Assembly: GCA_041480755.1 (NCBI GenBank)
Contig: JBGPAO010000002.1
Location: forward strand, 1-46,282
Direction of reading: 5' to 3'
DNA from: Bacteroidia bacterium
Lineage (GTDB): Bacteria; Bacteroidota; Bacteroidia; Bacteroidales; SM23-62
Length of the DNA stretch: 46,282 nt
Position 1 is the first letter of the stretch. The number at the start of each line of letters is the position of its first letter. Both the position numbers and the translations under genes were made by a program. Of this stretch, positions 1 through 9,745 are shown one piece after another. A model generated the notes under the pieces. It saw nothing but the letters and a program-made list of their open reading frames with translations, made no database searches and was not told where the DNA came from.

Positions 1-584
1 AAGATGTCCTGCTTGTCAGCGCTCATTATGGCAATTGGGAGTGGCTTTCCCTGATTCCATTATTCACTGATTATAAAATATTTGCAGTGTATAAAACACT
101 TCACAACAAGTATTTTGACAGGATGTTCATTACGCTGAGGACCAGGTATGGGGTAATGCCTGTTACCAAAGAAAAAACTTTCAGGACACTTATTGAGAGC
201 CAGAAAAGCGGGACCAGGGTGATTGCATGTATACTTGCTGACCAGAGGCCAAGGTGGACAGAGATACAACACTGGATCCGCTTCATGAACCAGGATACTT
301 CTGTTATTCTTGGACCGGAAAAAATTGCCAGGAAACTGAATATGGCGGTTGTATTTATCAAACATCTTAAGGTACGCAGGGGGTATTATGAATCTGTCTT
401 TGTTACGCTTGCTTCAGATCCTGCAAATACAAAACCATATGAGATTACAGAAAAATACTATCAGAATCTTGAAAACATTATAAGGGACAGTCCTGCTGAA
501 TATCTATGGACCCATAACCGATGGAAACACACATGGAAAAAGGACCAGTTTATAAAGCATCATGACTCCAAGTCTATTTCCTGA
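1..584 (+). CDS. Lipid A late acyltransferase, LpxL/HtrB family (5'-truncated by window edge)
   Basis: The frame of ORF 87..584 stays open back to nt 3 (DVLLVSAHYGNWEW...). HYGNWE is the H-x4-E acyltransferase motif of this family. The C-terminal EYLWTHNRWK tail is also typical. Confidence 0.8.
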   Translation, partial: DVLLVSAHYGNWEWLSLIPLFTDYKIFAVYKTLHNKYFDRMFITLRTRYGVMPVTKEKTFRTLIESQKSGTRVIACILADQRPRWTEIQHWIRFMNQDTSVILGPEKIARKLNMAVVFIKHLKVRRGYYESVFVTLASDPANTKPYEITEKYYQNLENIIRDSPAEYLWTHNRWKHTWKKDQFIKHHDSKSIS

Positions 585-1266
585 AACAGCCGAATAAAAT
601 TCTTCCCGTGAGATAATTATACCTGTTATGGATTGTATAATCGATTTTCTTTAATCTGCAGTAAACCCATAAAAAAGGTATCAGGAATATATAAAGCCGC
701 GATGTTGCCTGCCGTTTGTCAATGGAAAAATCATACTGCTTAAATCCTTTATTAAGACCCAGATTTATGTACTGGTCAACTGTCAGTGAAGAAAGATGCT
801 GAAGACCGTCATTATTCTCGTGATTCAGAGGTTTAAATCCATAGAAAAATCCTGAAAACAGGAAACGGATCCTTGACTTAAGCGATAAAATATTTGGCGT
901 GGAGAAAAGAAAGATGCCCTTATTCTTCAGAATGCGACTGGATTCAAGGAAAATCATCTGATGGTCATGCACATGTTCCATAACTTCAACAGCCACAATG
1001 ATATCAAATGACTCTGAAGTGTACGGCAATTTTTCAGTCAAATCGGCTTTCCTGCACTCAACTTCCTTAAAGTAAAATAATTCAGGGAACAAATCGCAGG
1101 CTGAAACATCATAACCCTCCCTGTATAATAGTTCTGTAAATGCGCCATGTCCGGCTCCTATTTCAAGTATCTTTGGCTGCGTGAACTCAGAAGCATATTT
1201 CCTGAAAAATGCATGAAATCTCTCATGTATGCCAGGCATGGTAATTGGCCTGATCTCTTTATCCAT
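574..1266 (-). CDS. Class I SAM-dependent methyltransferase
   Basis: Motif I is ILEIGAGHGAFTELL, followed by an acidic residue (DVSACD) and the VAVEVMEHV motif. It is the last gene of a tightly spaced minus-strand glycosyltransferase operon. It overlaps the convergent lpxL-like 3' end by 11 nt. Confidence 0.8.
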   Translation of the reverse strand: MDKEIRPITMPGIHERFHAFFRKYASEFTQPKILEIGAGHGAFTELLYREGYDVSACDLFPELFYFKEVECRKADLTEKLPYTSESFDIIVAVEVMEHVHDHQMIFLESSRILKNKGIFLFSTPNILSLKSRIRFLFSGFFYGFKPLNHENNDGLQHLSSLTVDQYINLGLNKGFKQYDFSIDKRQATSRLYIFLIPFLWVYCRLKKIDYTIHNRYNYLTGRILFGCFRK

Positions 1267-1280
1267 TTTACTATGATTTA

Positions 1281-3140
1281 TCAGTGCGCCACTTCTTCCA
1301 GAAGCTCTTCAACCTGTTTTATTGATTTGTTGAGTGTGAACACTTTTTCGACTTTCTGACGCCCGTTTTTACCAAATGTTTTTCTTAATTTCTCATCTTT
1401 AGCAAGCACATTGACTTTTTCTGCCAGCACTTCGACATTCCCTTTTTCCACCAGGTAGCCGGTCAGCCCTTCATCAATAATCTCTGCGGAACTGCTTATA
1501 TCAAAAGCTATCACAGGTTTTTCTTCTGCCATAGCTTCAACTATGACATATCCGAAACCTTCCCAAAGCGAGGTAAGCAGAAAAATATCTATTGTCCTGT
1601 TAAAGCTTTTGATATTCTTTACAAAACCCAGGAACCTGACCTCTTTATCAATTTTATACGATCTTGCAGTCTTTTGCAGCCTGTTATAAAGTTTTCCGTT
1701 GCCTGCAATAAGCATTTTAAACCTGATATTTCTTTTCTTCAGAAGGCGTGCCAGTTCGAGAAGGTAAATATGACCCTTTTCTTCCGTGAGCCTTGCGGCA
1801 TTACCAAGAATTATTTCCCCGTCTTCTTTCTGATACAATATTTTTGCCTTTGTTTTCTGTTGTTCTTCAAGATCTATTCCATTATAAATGATCCTGATCT
1901 TATTGACATCAAAAAGACGAGGATTATTTAAAAGGATTGTACGTTTTGTTTCCTCTGAATTAGCTATTATATCTGTAACCAGGTACCTGAATATAAACCT
2001 GTTAAGAATTGTATTACGGATCGGTATCGCACTGCCGCGTCGATATATCACATTTTCTACGCCTGCCAGTTTAGCCGCCAGTCCTGCCACTTTAAGGTCC
2101 GAGGAGAGATTGACAATCAGCGTCTTAACTTTTTCCCTTTTAAGGATCTTCTTTAATTCAAGGATCTTAACCGGATTTAAAAAACTCAGATTTGAAATAC
2201 TTATCTGCCGGGTCGGTATGGGGGTCTGCTTTAGCCGGTTATACAACTCGCTGTTTTTTCCTGAAATGACAAAAACCTTATATCCTGATGCACCAAGCCG
2301 GGTTGAGATATCATAATGCCATTTCTCACCGCCTCCCCATGTCTCAAGGCTGTTGAAAAAACAGATCCTGTTCTTCTGTGATCTTATCTCTTCTTTCCAG
2401 ATCCTTCTTAATTTTGTATATTTCAGGAATGTTTCATGTGCTGAATTTACGCTGATTATCAGGCCATAAAATCCATCAAGAAATCCCAGTTTAATGACAT
2501 AATCCCGGAAAAGTCTCCATATTGGATTGAAGATTATATTAAACATGGGAGCGCGTCTTCCTTCTTTATGATAGGATATGGCAACAATATCAGAAAACTT
2601 ATTAATCTGCCTGATGTGCTCCTGTATTGAGTAATATGAAAAATGGAGAAGATCCCCCTTCAGGAATTTCTTTGTTGACTTTCTGTCAAGAATGAATCTG
2701 TCATGTGGATTTGTTCCGCCCCACTTTCCTTTACGGCTGTCCCACAGCCTCAGTTTTCTCGATGGATACCAGCTTGAATGACGTATCCATTTTCCGCAGT
2801 AATTGGTCAGCCGGTTAAAGTAATAACCATCGTATTTCCAGTTTGCCTTAACCTCAAAGACAGATCTCCTTAATTCCTCCGACAGAACTTCATCGGCATC
2901 AAGTGAAAGAATGTGGGGGTATTTTGCATGCGGAATTGCCCAGTTTTTCTGTTCAATATGTCCCTCGAAGGCATGCTGTATAAACCTTGTACCGTACTTC
3001 CTGCATATTTCGGCGGTATTATCCGTGGAAAAAGAATCCACGACCACAATATCATCAGCGATATCTTTGACCGATTCAAGGCATTTTCCGATATTCCTCT
3101 CTTCGTTATAGGTTATTATTACTAATGAGATATTTGGCAT
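1281..3140 (-). CDS. Bifunctional glycosyltransferase: N-terminal GT2 (LPS-core WaaE/KdtX-like) fused to a C-terminal GT4/GT1-type domain
   Basis: The N-terminus has ISLVIITYNEERNI, VVDSFSTDNT and the LSLDADE DxD motif. The C-terminus has the retaining-GT signature EGFGYVIVEAMAEEKPVIAFD. Confidence 0.8.
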   Translation of the reverse strand: MPNISLVIITYNEERNIGKCLESVKDIADDIVVVDSFSTDNTAEICRKYGTRFIQHAFEGHIEQKNWAIPHAKYPHILSLDADEVLSEELRRSVFEVKANWKYDGYYFNRLTNYCGKWIRHSSWYPSRKLRLWDSRKGKWGGTNPHDRFILDRKSTKKFLKGDLLHFSYYSIQEHIRQINKFSDIVAISYHKEGRRAPMFNIIFNPIWRLFRDYVIKLGFLDGFYGLIISVNSAHETFLKYTKLRRIWKEEIRSQKNRICFFNSLETWGGGEKWHYDISTRLGASGYKVFVISGKNSELYNRLKQTPIPTRQISISNLSFLNPVKILELKKILKREKVKTLIVNLSSDLKVAGLAAKLAGVENVIYRRGSAIPIRNTILNRFIFRYLVTDIIANSEETKRTILLNNPRLFDVNKIRIIYNGIDLEEQQKTKAKILYQKEDGEIILGNAARLTEEKGHIYLLELARLLKKRNIRFKMLIAGNGKLYNRLQKTARSYKIDKEVRFLGFVKNIKSFNRTIDIFLLTSLWEGFGYVIVEAMAEEKPVIAFDISSSAEIIDEGLTGYLVEKGNVEVLAEKVNVLAKDEKLRKTFGKNGRQKVEKVFTLNKSIKQVEELLEEVAH

Positions 3141-3151
3141 CTTAATCCTGC

Positions 3152-3913
3152 TTAAATTCCTTTCATTCTCCTTAGATACTTCAGTTTGACCTGTGCAAGA
3201 AAATGAGAATAGGCTGATATTACTGCATTAGTCAGACCATAAAAGCCATCTAAAAATCCTAATTTAACAAAAAACAGTTTCATGAACTGAGACAGCGGTT
3301 TGAACATTATTTTCAGAGTGCCGGTACTGCTCCCCAAAACTAATAATAATTCTGCTTCAGACTCTGTTGCTTTATTTACCTGATCTATATGGTTATAAAT
3401 GCTGCTGTAAACCATACTGTAAATCTCCCCGATGAATGTATCATATTCCACATTAATTTTAGGCCTGGATTTCACCTTAATGGTATTGGCTGTCCAGGTC
3501 ACTTTTTTCTTCCTGAAAAGTCTGGATTCCCAGTAAGGATATAACCCGGAATGTTTCATCCATCTGCCGTAATAGTTTTTTCTTACAATAAATCTGTATA
3601 CGTCAGATTTAAGTTTGTCCTTAAGTTTTAACAGATTGGCTCTCAGGTTTCCTGAAATATATTCATTGCTTCCGATCAGAAAAATAAACTCATCCTTCAT
3701 GATATCATTTTGTTCAGCAATGCTTGAATTAATGAGTGATGCTTCGTTTTTCAGGTATTTGATCTCATTGGAACGGCAAAATTCCTGGGCTGTCTTTGAA
3801 TTGATATAATCGATAAGAATGAAAGTATCGCCTGTTTCCTTAACGGATTTAAAGCATTTTCCCAGATTATGGCTTTCATCTTTATGGGTTATTATTACCT
3901 TAATGCTGTTCAT
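3152..3913 (-). CDS. GT2-like protein, paralog of the N-terminal domain of the downstream 619-aa enzyme; catalytic motifs degenerate
   Basis: It aligns by eye along its whole length to residues 1-250 of ORF 1281..3140 (for example VKLGFLDGFYGL in both). DSFSTD is replaced by DYINSK and LDADE by IGSNE. Confidence 0.7.
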   Translation of the reverse strand: MNSIKVIITHKDESHNLGKCFKSVKETGDTFILIDYINSKTAQEFCRSNEIKYLKNEASLINSSIAEQNDIMKDEFIFLIGSNEYISGNLRANLLKLKDKLKSDVYRFIVRKNYYGRWMKHSGLYPYWESRLFRKKKVTWTANTIKVKSRPKINVEYDTFIGEIYSMVYSSIYNHIDQVNKATESEAELLLVLGSSTGTLKIMFKPLSQFMKLFFVKLGFLDGFYGLTNAVISAYSHFLAQVKLKYLRRMKGI

Positions 3914-3919
3914 TTTCGA

Positions 3920-6376
3920 TTATTCCTGATAATAAACCCGTTTAACCCTGCTGGAAATACCTGTCAGTATCTCATAAGTTATTGTGCCGGCCGTCTTTGC
4001 CATCTTCCATACAGGGAATGATTCTCCGAAAATGATCACTTCATCTCCTTCCTCTGCCTGCATCCCTGTCAGATCAATAAAACACATATCCATGCAAATA
4101 TTGCCTATTACAGGAACAGGTGTATTGTTAATGTAAAACTTTCCATTCCCGTTGCCTATTCTTCTGTCAATACCGTCTGCATATCCAATAGGAACGATCC
4201 CGATCTTCCGGTCATATTTTTCGATGCTTCCCCTGTTATAACCCACCGATTCACCTTTTTTTACAAATTTTATCTGGGAAATGACGCTTTTCAGCGTGCT
4301 TACATTCTGAAGATCTTTTCTTTCTGAAACACTTATACCGTACATTCCGATACCCAGCCTTACCATGTCTAACTGAGCTTCCGGAAACCTTTCAATTCCT
4401 GCGGAATTAAGCAGATGCCTGTAAATTTTATAAGGAAACGGTTTAACCAGCTTTGCACTCATCTTCTCAAAGAGACTGATTTGCTGGCGTGTAAAACTGT
4501 CATGTTCCGGATCTTCAGCAGCCGCCAGATGCGAAAATACTGATTTGATTTCAAGATTATCATGTGACATCAGAAAATCGGCCAGGGAATCAAGATCCTG
4601 TTCACAAAAACCTAACCTGTGCATTCCCGTATCCAGTTTTATGTGGACCGGATACCTTACCAGATTTTGTTTCCGGATTTGCTCTTCACATTTCTTAAGG
4701 CTCCTGAAATTATACAGTTCAGGTTCCAGATTATGATCAATCATCTGTCCGAAACTGGAAATATCAGGATTCATAACAAGAATCGGGAGGGAAATACCGG
4801 TATTCCTGAGTGCAATACCTTCATCGGCAAATGCAACTGAAAGATAATCAACCTTCTGGTATTGAAGCGCACCTGCGATTTCCCAGGAGCCGCTTCCATA
4901 AGAAAAGGCTTTAACCATTACCATTATTCTTGTGCCCGGATTAAGTCCTGAACGGAACACATTCAGGTTATGAATCAATGCATTAAGATTGATTTCAAGG
5001 ACTGTACTGTGAATTTTTTGCTGCAATGCCAGGCTGATCCTTTCAAAGCTAAAGGATCTTGATCCTTTTATCAGGATAGCTTCATCTGAAAAATCTCCGG
5101 GCTTCAGGTTGTTAAGGAAATCGTCCGTTGACAGGTAGAAAGCACCTCTGCCAAAATGTTCTTTTTGCCTGTACAATGCCCCGCCAATGCCTATGAACCT
5201 GTTTATGCCTTTCTTTCTGATGACTGAGGATATCTCACGGTATAATTCTTCCTCCTCTTTTCCTGATTGAAGTATATCAGACAGGATCAGAGTTTTCAAC
5301 CGGTACTGATTTTGCTGATTCAGGAAATCCAGTGCAATTGTCAGCGATGCAATGTCGGAGTTATATGAATCATTAATAAGCGTGCACCGGTTAATGCCCT
5401 TTAATAGTTCAAGGCGCATGGCAACCGGCGCGAGGGCTTTCAGATTCTGACGGATAAGTGAAACATCTGTCTTCATCCATAACAGGCATGAAATAACATG
5501 CATGATATTCTCAAGCGAGGCGTCATCTGAGAAAGGAATCTCAAATTTGCTGACTATTTCGTTATATGTAAATTCAAGTTCGACACATCCCTTTGAACTT
5601 GTCAGAGTTTTAATAAATATATCTGCAGGTTCTTTCACTGACCATGTAATACATCTTTCCTTTTCAAAACTTTCAGCTGCAATCCGGTGAATAAGTTCAT
5701 GATCACGGCAATAGATAATAGTCTTGCATTCCCTGAAGAGGATCAGTTTTTCATGCGTCTTCTCCTCATAGTCCCTGAAATTTTCCTGGTGTGCTTCCTT
5801 GACATTTGTAATAATTCCTATGTCAGGGCGAATAATTGACTGAAGGTTTTGCATTTCTCCCTTCCGCGAAATTCCTGCTTCAAAAATCGCAAGGTCATAA
5901 GTTGAATCAAGCAGCCATACGGAAAGGGGGACTCCGACCTGGGAATTATAGCTTTTTGGACTTCGGATAACTTTTTTGCTGTTCTGGAGCATCTGGTATA
6001 ACCACTCCTTGACAATGGTCTTGCCGTTACTTCCTGTTATACCAATGACCGGGATGGAGAATTGTGACCTGTGGTATTCAATGAATTTATGGAAAGCAGC
6101 CAGGGTATCGCCAGTTTTAATATAATTCACTTTCTCCTGAAATTCCTGATCAAAGGGTATTTCTTCAACCATGAAGCTCCTGACTCCTTTCCTTGCCAGC
6201 TCCAATATATACTTATGTCCGTCATGCCGTTCGCCTCTTAATGCAATGAACAGGGTTTCCTCCGGAGAATACAGTGTCCTGCTGTCGACAGATATCTGGC
6301 TGAAAGATGATACGGGATCACCATAAAGAGTTCCATCTACTGTTCTGCAGAGAATATCCAGAGTATATTGCTTCAT
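3920..6376 (-). CDS. murF/alr: Bifunctional UDP-MurNAc-pentapeptide synthetase (MurF) / alanine racemase (Alr)
   Basis: The N-terminal Mur ligase has the P-loop GITGSNGKT. The C-terminal half has the alanine racemase PLP-lysine motif VMVKAFSYGSG and the terminal VPVIGNICMDM motif. This fusion is common in Bacteroidota. Confidence 0.9.
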   Translation of the reverse strand: MKQYTLDILCRTVDGTLYGDPVSSFSQISVDSRTLYSPEETLFIALRGERHDGHKYILELARKGVRSFMVEEIPFDQEFQEKVNYIKTGDTLAAFHKFIEYHRSQFSIPVIGITGSNGKTIVKEWLYQMLQNSKKVIRSPKSYNSQVGVPLSVWLLDSTYDLAIFEAGISRKGEMQNLQSIIRPDIGIITNVKEAHQENFRDYEEKTHEKLILFRECKTIIYCRDHELIHRIAAESFEKERCITWSVKEPADIFIKTLTSSKGCVELEFTYNEIVSKFEIPFSDDASLENIMHVISCLLWMKTDVSLIRQNLKALAPVAMRLELLKGINRCTLINDSYNSDIASLTIALDFLNQQNQYRLKTLILSDILQSGKEEEELYREISSVIRKKGINRFIGIGGALYRQKEHFGRGAFYLSTDDFLNNLKPGDFSDEAILIKGSRSFSFERISLALQQKIHSTVLEINLNALIHNLNVFRSGLNPGTRIMVMVKAFSYGSGSWEIAGALQYQKVDYLSVAFADEGIALRNTGISLPILVMNPDISSFGQMIDHNLEPELYNFRSLKKCEEQIRKQNLVRYPVHIKLDTGMHRLGFCEQDLDSLADFLMSHDNLEIKSVFSHLAAAEDPEHDSFTRQQISLFEKMSAKLVKPFPYKIYRHLLNSAGIERFPEAQLDMVRLGIGMYGISVSERKDLQNVSTLKSVISQIKFVKKGESVGYNRGSIEKYDRKIGIVPIGYADGIDRRIGNGNGKFYINNTPVPVIGNICMDMCFIDLTGMQAEEGDEVIIFGESFPVWKMAKTAGTITYEILTGISSRVKRVYYQE

Positions 6377-6393
6377 ATATTACGCGGCATTAA

Positions 6394-6981
6394 TTAAGGC
6401 TGCCTTTGTCTGATTGCTTTGAGGTAACATTTCCTGCATAATGGTTCATATTCATCCAGTTCACCCAGCAATACAAGCTCTTCATCCTGTGATTTCCTGA
6501 ATGAATATTGCGCCAGGTCGCCGCATCTCTGGCAGATTGCATGAACCTTTGTTATATATTCCGCTATTGCCATAAGCCCCGGAATTGGCCCGAATGGCCT
6601 GCCCTTATAATCCATATCCAGTCCGGCAACAATAACCCTTATCCCTCTGTCAGCTAATGTATTACATACTTCCACAAGACCATCGTCAAAAAACTGTGCT
6701 TCATCAATGCCTACTACCTTCACATCGGAAGCCAGCTCCAGTATTTTTGAAGAATCACTCACAGGAGTTGATTGTATGGCATTCTCATCATGGGAAACAA
6801 CTTCGGTCTCTGAATAGCGATTATCAACAATTGGTTTAAAGATTTCAACCCTTTGTCTGGCGATTTTTGCCCTTTTAAGTCTCCTTATAAGTTCTTCTGT
6901 TTTACCTGAAAACATAGAGCCTGTGATAACCTCAATCAGGCCCATTCTTTGTTCACCGTTAACACTATTTTCAAAAGACAT
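6394..6981 (-). CDS. tdk: Thymidine kinase
   Basis: It has the [12 protein letters not shown]-loop, [10 protein letters not shown], and a C-terminal zinc ribbon (CxxC...CxxC). The true start may be the internal MGLIEV methionine. Confidence 0.9.
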   Translation of the reverse strand: MSFENSVNGEQRMGLIEVITGSMFSGKTEELIRRLKRAKIARQRVEIFKPIVDNRYSETEVVSHDENAIQSTPVSDSSKILELASDVKVVGIDEAQFFDDGLVEVCNTLADRGIRVIVAGLDMDYKGRPFGPIPGLMAIAEYITKVHAICQRCGDLAQYSFRKSQDEELVLLGELDEYEPLCRKCYLKAIRQRQP

Positions 6982-7006
6982 TGGAAAGATATCCTATTTT
7001 TATCCT

Positions 7007-7014
7007 TATTTTTG
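7007..7014 (+). promoter_or_regulatory. Putative Bacteroidota sigma-A -7 box (TATTTTTG) for ORF 7060..7755
   Basis: It is a perfect match to TAnnTTTG, 45 nt upstream of the ATG. Only a weak -33 element (TTGG) is present. Confidence 0.4.
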
Positions 7015-7022
7015 CAAAATTA
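7015..7022 (-). promoter_or_regulatory. Putative -7 box (TAATTTTG on the minus strand) for the tdk operon
   Basis: It is a perfect TAnnTTTG on the minus strand, 34 nt upstream of the tdk ATG. It abuts the plus-strand box. Confidence 0.4.
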
Positions 7023-7059
7023 AAGAAATATACACTGTAAGTTGATTTATTAAACTTTT

Positions 7060-7755
7060 ATGAATAATAAAATTGAAAATATACTATCAGCACTTGAAAA
7101 GATAAAACAAATTATCTCACAGTACGAAAATATTTCGCAGATCCCGGAAATCGAACGGGATATATTGTTATCGGCTATCCGTGATATGTATTCAGGGCTC
7201 CTGCTGATACCGTCCGTTAAACAAACCAGGCCAATCCAGACAGATGTACCATCATCTCAGCCAGCAGAACCACCTGAAGTTAAACCGACACGGACTGCCC
7301 CCAGATCAGGCGGTGACGAAAGGGTTGAATTCTTTGATGAGGATCAGCCTCCCAAACCAAAAAAAGAGGCTGTTCAGCCCAGGAAGTCTGCAGAGAAGAA
7401 AAAGGCCAAACCTGAAATCCTCGTTGATAAACTGCAGGGCGAAAAGCAATTTGTCTATGAGACCCTTGCAGAAAAAGCCGGTCAGCAGAACATATCATCC
7501 AAACTGCAGTCAAAACCTATCTCCAGTATCATTTCAGCAATAGGTATCAATGATAAATTCAAATTGATAAGGAATCTTTTTAATGAAGATTCTGAGTCTT
7601 ATGCGAAGGCTATCAATAAGCTTGATTCCTGCGGCAATTTCAATGAAGCTTTCAATTATATAAGCACAAGTTTTAACTGGGATATGGAGGATGAGTCCGT
7701 ACAATTTATACTTGACCTGGTCAGGCGTAAATTCATTGTAGATAAAGATGAGTAA
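7060..7755 (+). CDS. Hypothetical protein with a Pro/Lys-rich disordered linker and a conserved-looking C-terminal domain
   Basis: This is a clean 231-aa ORF. The central PSSQPAEPPEVKPTRTAP...KPKKEAVQPRKSAEKKKAKPE segment is low complexity. I recognise no family. Confidence 0.55.
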   Translation: MNNKIENILSALEKIKQIISQYENISQIPEIERDILLSAIRDMYSGLLLIPSVKQTRPIQTDVPSSQPAEPPEVKPTRTAPRSGGDERVEFFDEDQPPKPKKEAVQPRKSAEKKKAKPEILVDKLQGEKQFVYETLAEKAGQQNISSKLQSKPISSIISAIGINDKFKLIRNLFNEDSESYAKAINKLDSCGNFNEAFNYISTSFNWDMEDESVQFILDLVRRKFIVDKDE

Positions 7756-8428
7756 ATTATACCTCATCGCCACACCTATCGGAAATCTGGAAGACATCAC
7801 ATACAGGGCGGTCAGGATATTAAGCGAAGCTGATCTTATTCTGACTGAAGATACCCGCAAAACTTCAATCCTTCTTAATAAATACGCAATAAAGCAGAAG
7901 CTTTCCTCCTTTCACAAATTTAACGAGCACCAGGCCCTCCATAAGATTATTTCTACCCTGAAGGAAGGTATGTCGGTAGCGCTGGTTTCTGACGCCGGCA
8001 CGCCAGGAATTTCTGATCCCGGATTCTTACTGGTCAGGGAATGTATCCGTGAGAATATCGACATTGAATGCCTCCCGGGGCCAACAGCTCTGATCCCGGC
8101 TCTCGTACTATCTGGTATTCCGTGCGACAGGTTTACATTTGAAGGATTTCCGCCTGTAAAAAAGGGCAGGAACAAGCGGCTGCAGGAATTGAATGATGAA
8201 TCAAGGACTATGATTTTTTATGAATCGCCCCACAGACTGAAAAAAACACTAACTGATCTGGCGGCAGTATTGGGGACTGACAGAAATGCAGTCATTGCCA
8301 GGGAGCTCACAAAAATTCATGAAGAGATTATCAGGGGAACACTCGGCAGCCTTGTTGAAGAAACCGATAAAAGAATATTTAAAGGAGAAATTGTTATTGT
8401 TGTACAGGGCAGGCCCGGTAAAAAGTGA
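7748..8428 (+). CDS. rsmI: 16S rRNA (cytidine1402-2'-O)-methyltransferase
   Basis: The tetrapyrrole-methylase fold begins LYLIATPIGNLEDIT. It also has VSDAGTPGISDPG and FYESPHRL. Confidence 0.9.
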   Translation: MSKLYLIATPIGNLEDITYRAVRILSEADLILTEDTRKTSILLNKYAIKQKLSSFHKFNEHQALHKIISTLKEGMSVALVSDAGTPGISDPGFLLVRECIRENIDIECLPGPTALIPALVLSGIPCDRFTFEGFPPVKKGRNKRLQELNDESRTMIFYESPHRLKKTLTDLAAVLGTDRNAVIARELTKIHEEIIRGTLGSLVEETDKRIFKGEIVIVVQGRPGKK

Positions 8429-8446
8429 AGCTGTAATAACTGGGAT

Positions 8447-9739
8447 TTATTCTTCTGCTGAATCAGATGAGAAACTTTTTGGCAGTTTCTTTTTAGACTT
8501 TACTCCCAATTCTTTAATTTTCTCAACCCTTCTTATAAGATTTCCTTTACCTTCCGAAAGTTTGTTTTTTGCATCATCATAATGTTTCCTGGCGGATCTT
8601 AGATCACTGTCAAGATGATCAAGATCTTCAAGGAGTGAATGAAATTTATCAATAAGATCTCCGGTCTGACGGGCAATCTCCATAACATTCTTATTCTGAT
8701 ACTCCTGCTGCCACAGAGCGACGATCATTTTTAACGCTGCGAGGAGGTTTGTCGGACTTATCAATAATACTCTTCTTTCGTAAGCATAATTCCATAATTC
8801 CGGTTCTTTCTGAACAGCAATAAGATAAGCAGGTTCAATAGGCATGAACATCATAACGAAATCAAGGCTCTGCAGTTTATAAAGATCCTGGTAATTTGCA
8901 CTTCTTAATTCGTTAATATGTTTGCGGACTGAAGCCAGGTGATCTTTGAGAAGTTTTTCTTTTGTATCAGGATCATCACATGAGACGTATTGTTCATATG
9001 CTGTCAGCGACACCTTGGAATCAATGATCACATTTCTGTTCTCAGGATAATGGACGACCACATCAGGATACAACAGTTTTCCGCTTTCATCTCTGAATGA
9101 AGGTTGAACCGAATATTCCCTGTCTTTTACGAGGCCTGATTTTTCAAGTATGCTTTCAAGGATCATTTCACCCCAGTTGCCCTGGGTCTTTGACTCTCCT
9201 TTCAGGGCTTTTGTCAGATTCTGCGCCTCCAGGCTCACCTGCTGGTTCAATTCAGCAAGTTTTTTGACTTCCTCTTTGAGAGAGAATCTCTGCTGGGCCT
9301 CTTTGTCATATGTTTCCTCAACTTTTTTCTCAAAATCCTTGATCCTGTCCCTGAGGGGATTAAGAATTTCTTCAAGCCTGACCCTGTTTACTTCAGTGAA
9401 TTTTTTTGTCTTATCTTCCAGGATGCTGTTAGCAAGATTTTCAAATTTCTCTTTGAAGATTTCCTGCATCTGCTCAATATCCTTTTTCTGGTTTTCAAGT
9501 TTTTCCCCGGCATTCTTTACATCTGCCAGCGCTGTTACATACCGGGTATTAAGTTCAAGAAATTCTTTGTCCTTATCGGCAATATCTTTCTGGAGATTAT
9601 CCCTGTCACGCTGCAATCCTGATATTCTTTCCTCAAGAACTGCATGTTTACTGCCCTTTTGCATTCTCATCAGGAGGTACATGATCCCTCCTCCTGCCAG
9701 GAGTCCTGCAATAATAAATATAAGTTCCGGCACCGACAT
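8447..9739 (-). CDS. rmuC: DNA recombination protein RmuC
   Basis: It has an N-terminal TM helix, a long coiled coil, and then the RmuC nuclease-like core (YPDVVVHYPENRNVIIDSKVSL, FVMMFMPIEPAY). Confidence 0.85.
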   Translation of the reverse strand: MSVPELIFIIAGLLAGGGIMYLLMRMQKGSKHAVLEERISGLQRDRDNLQKDIADKDKEFLELNTRYVTALADVKNAGEKLENQKKDIEQMQEIFKEKFENLANSILEDKTKKFTEVNRVRLEEILNPLRDRIKDFEKKVEETYDKEAQQRFSLKEEVKKLAELNQQVSLEAQNLTKALKGESKTQGNWGEMILESILEKSGLVKDREYSVQPSFRDESGKLLYPDVVVHYPENRNVIIDSKVSLTAYEQYVSCDDPDTKEKLLKDHLASVRKHINELRSANYQDLYKLQSLDFVMMFMPIEPAYLIAVQKEPELWNYAYERRVLLISPTNLLAALKMIVALWQQEYQNKNVMEIARQTGDLIDKFHSLLEDLDHLDSDLRSARKHYDDAKNKLSEGKGNLIRRVEKIKELGVKSKKKLPKSFSSDSAEE

Positions 9740-9745
9740 ACCTTA

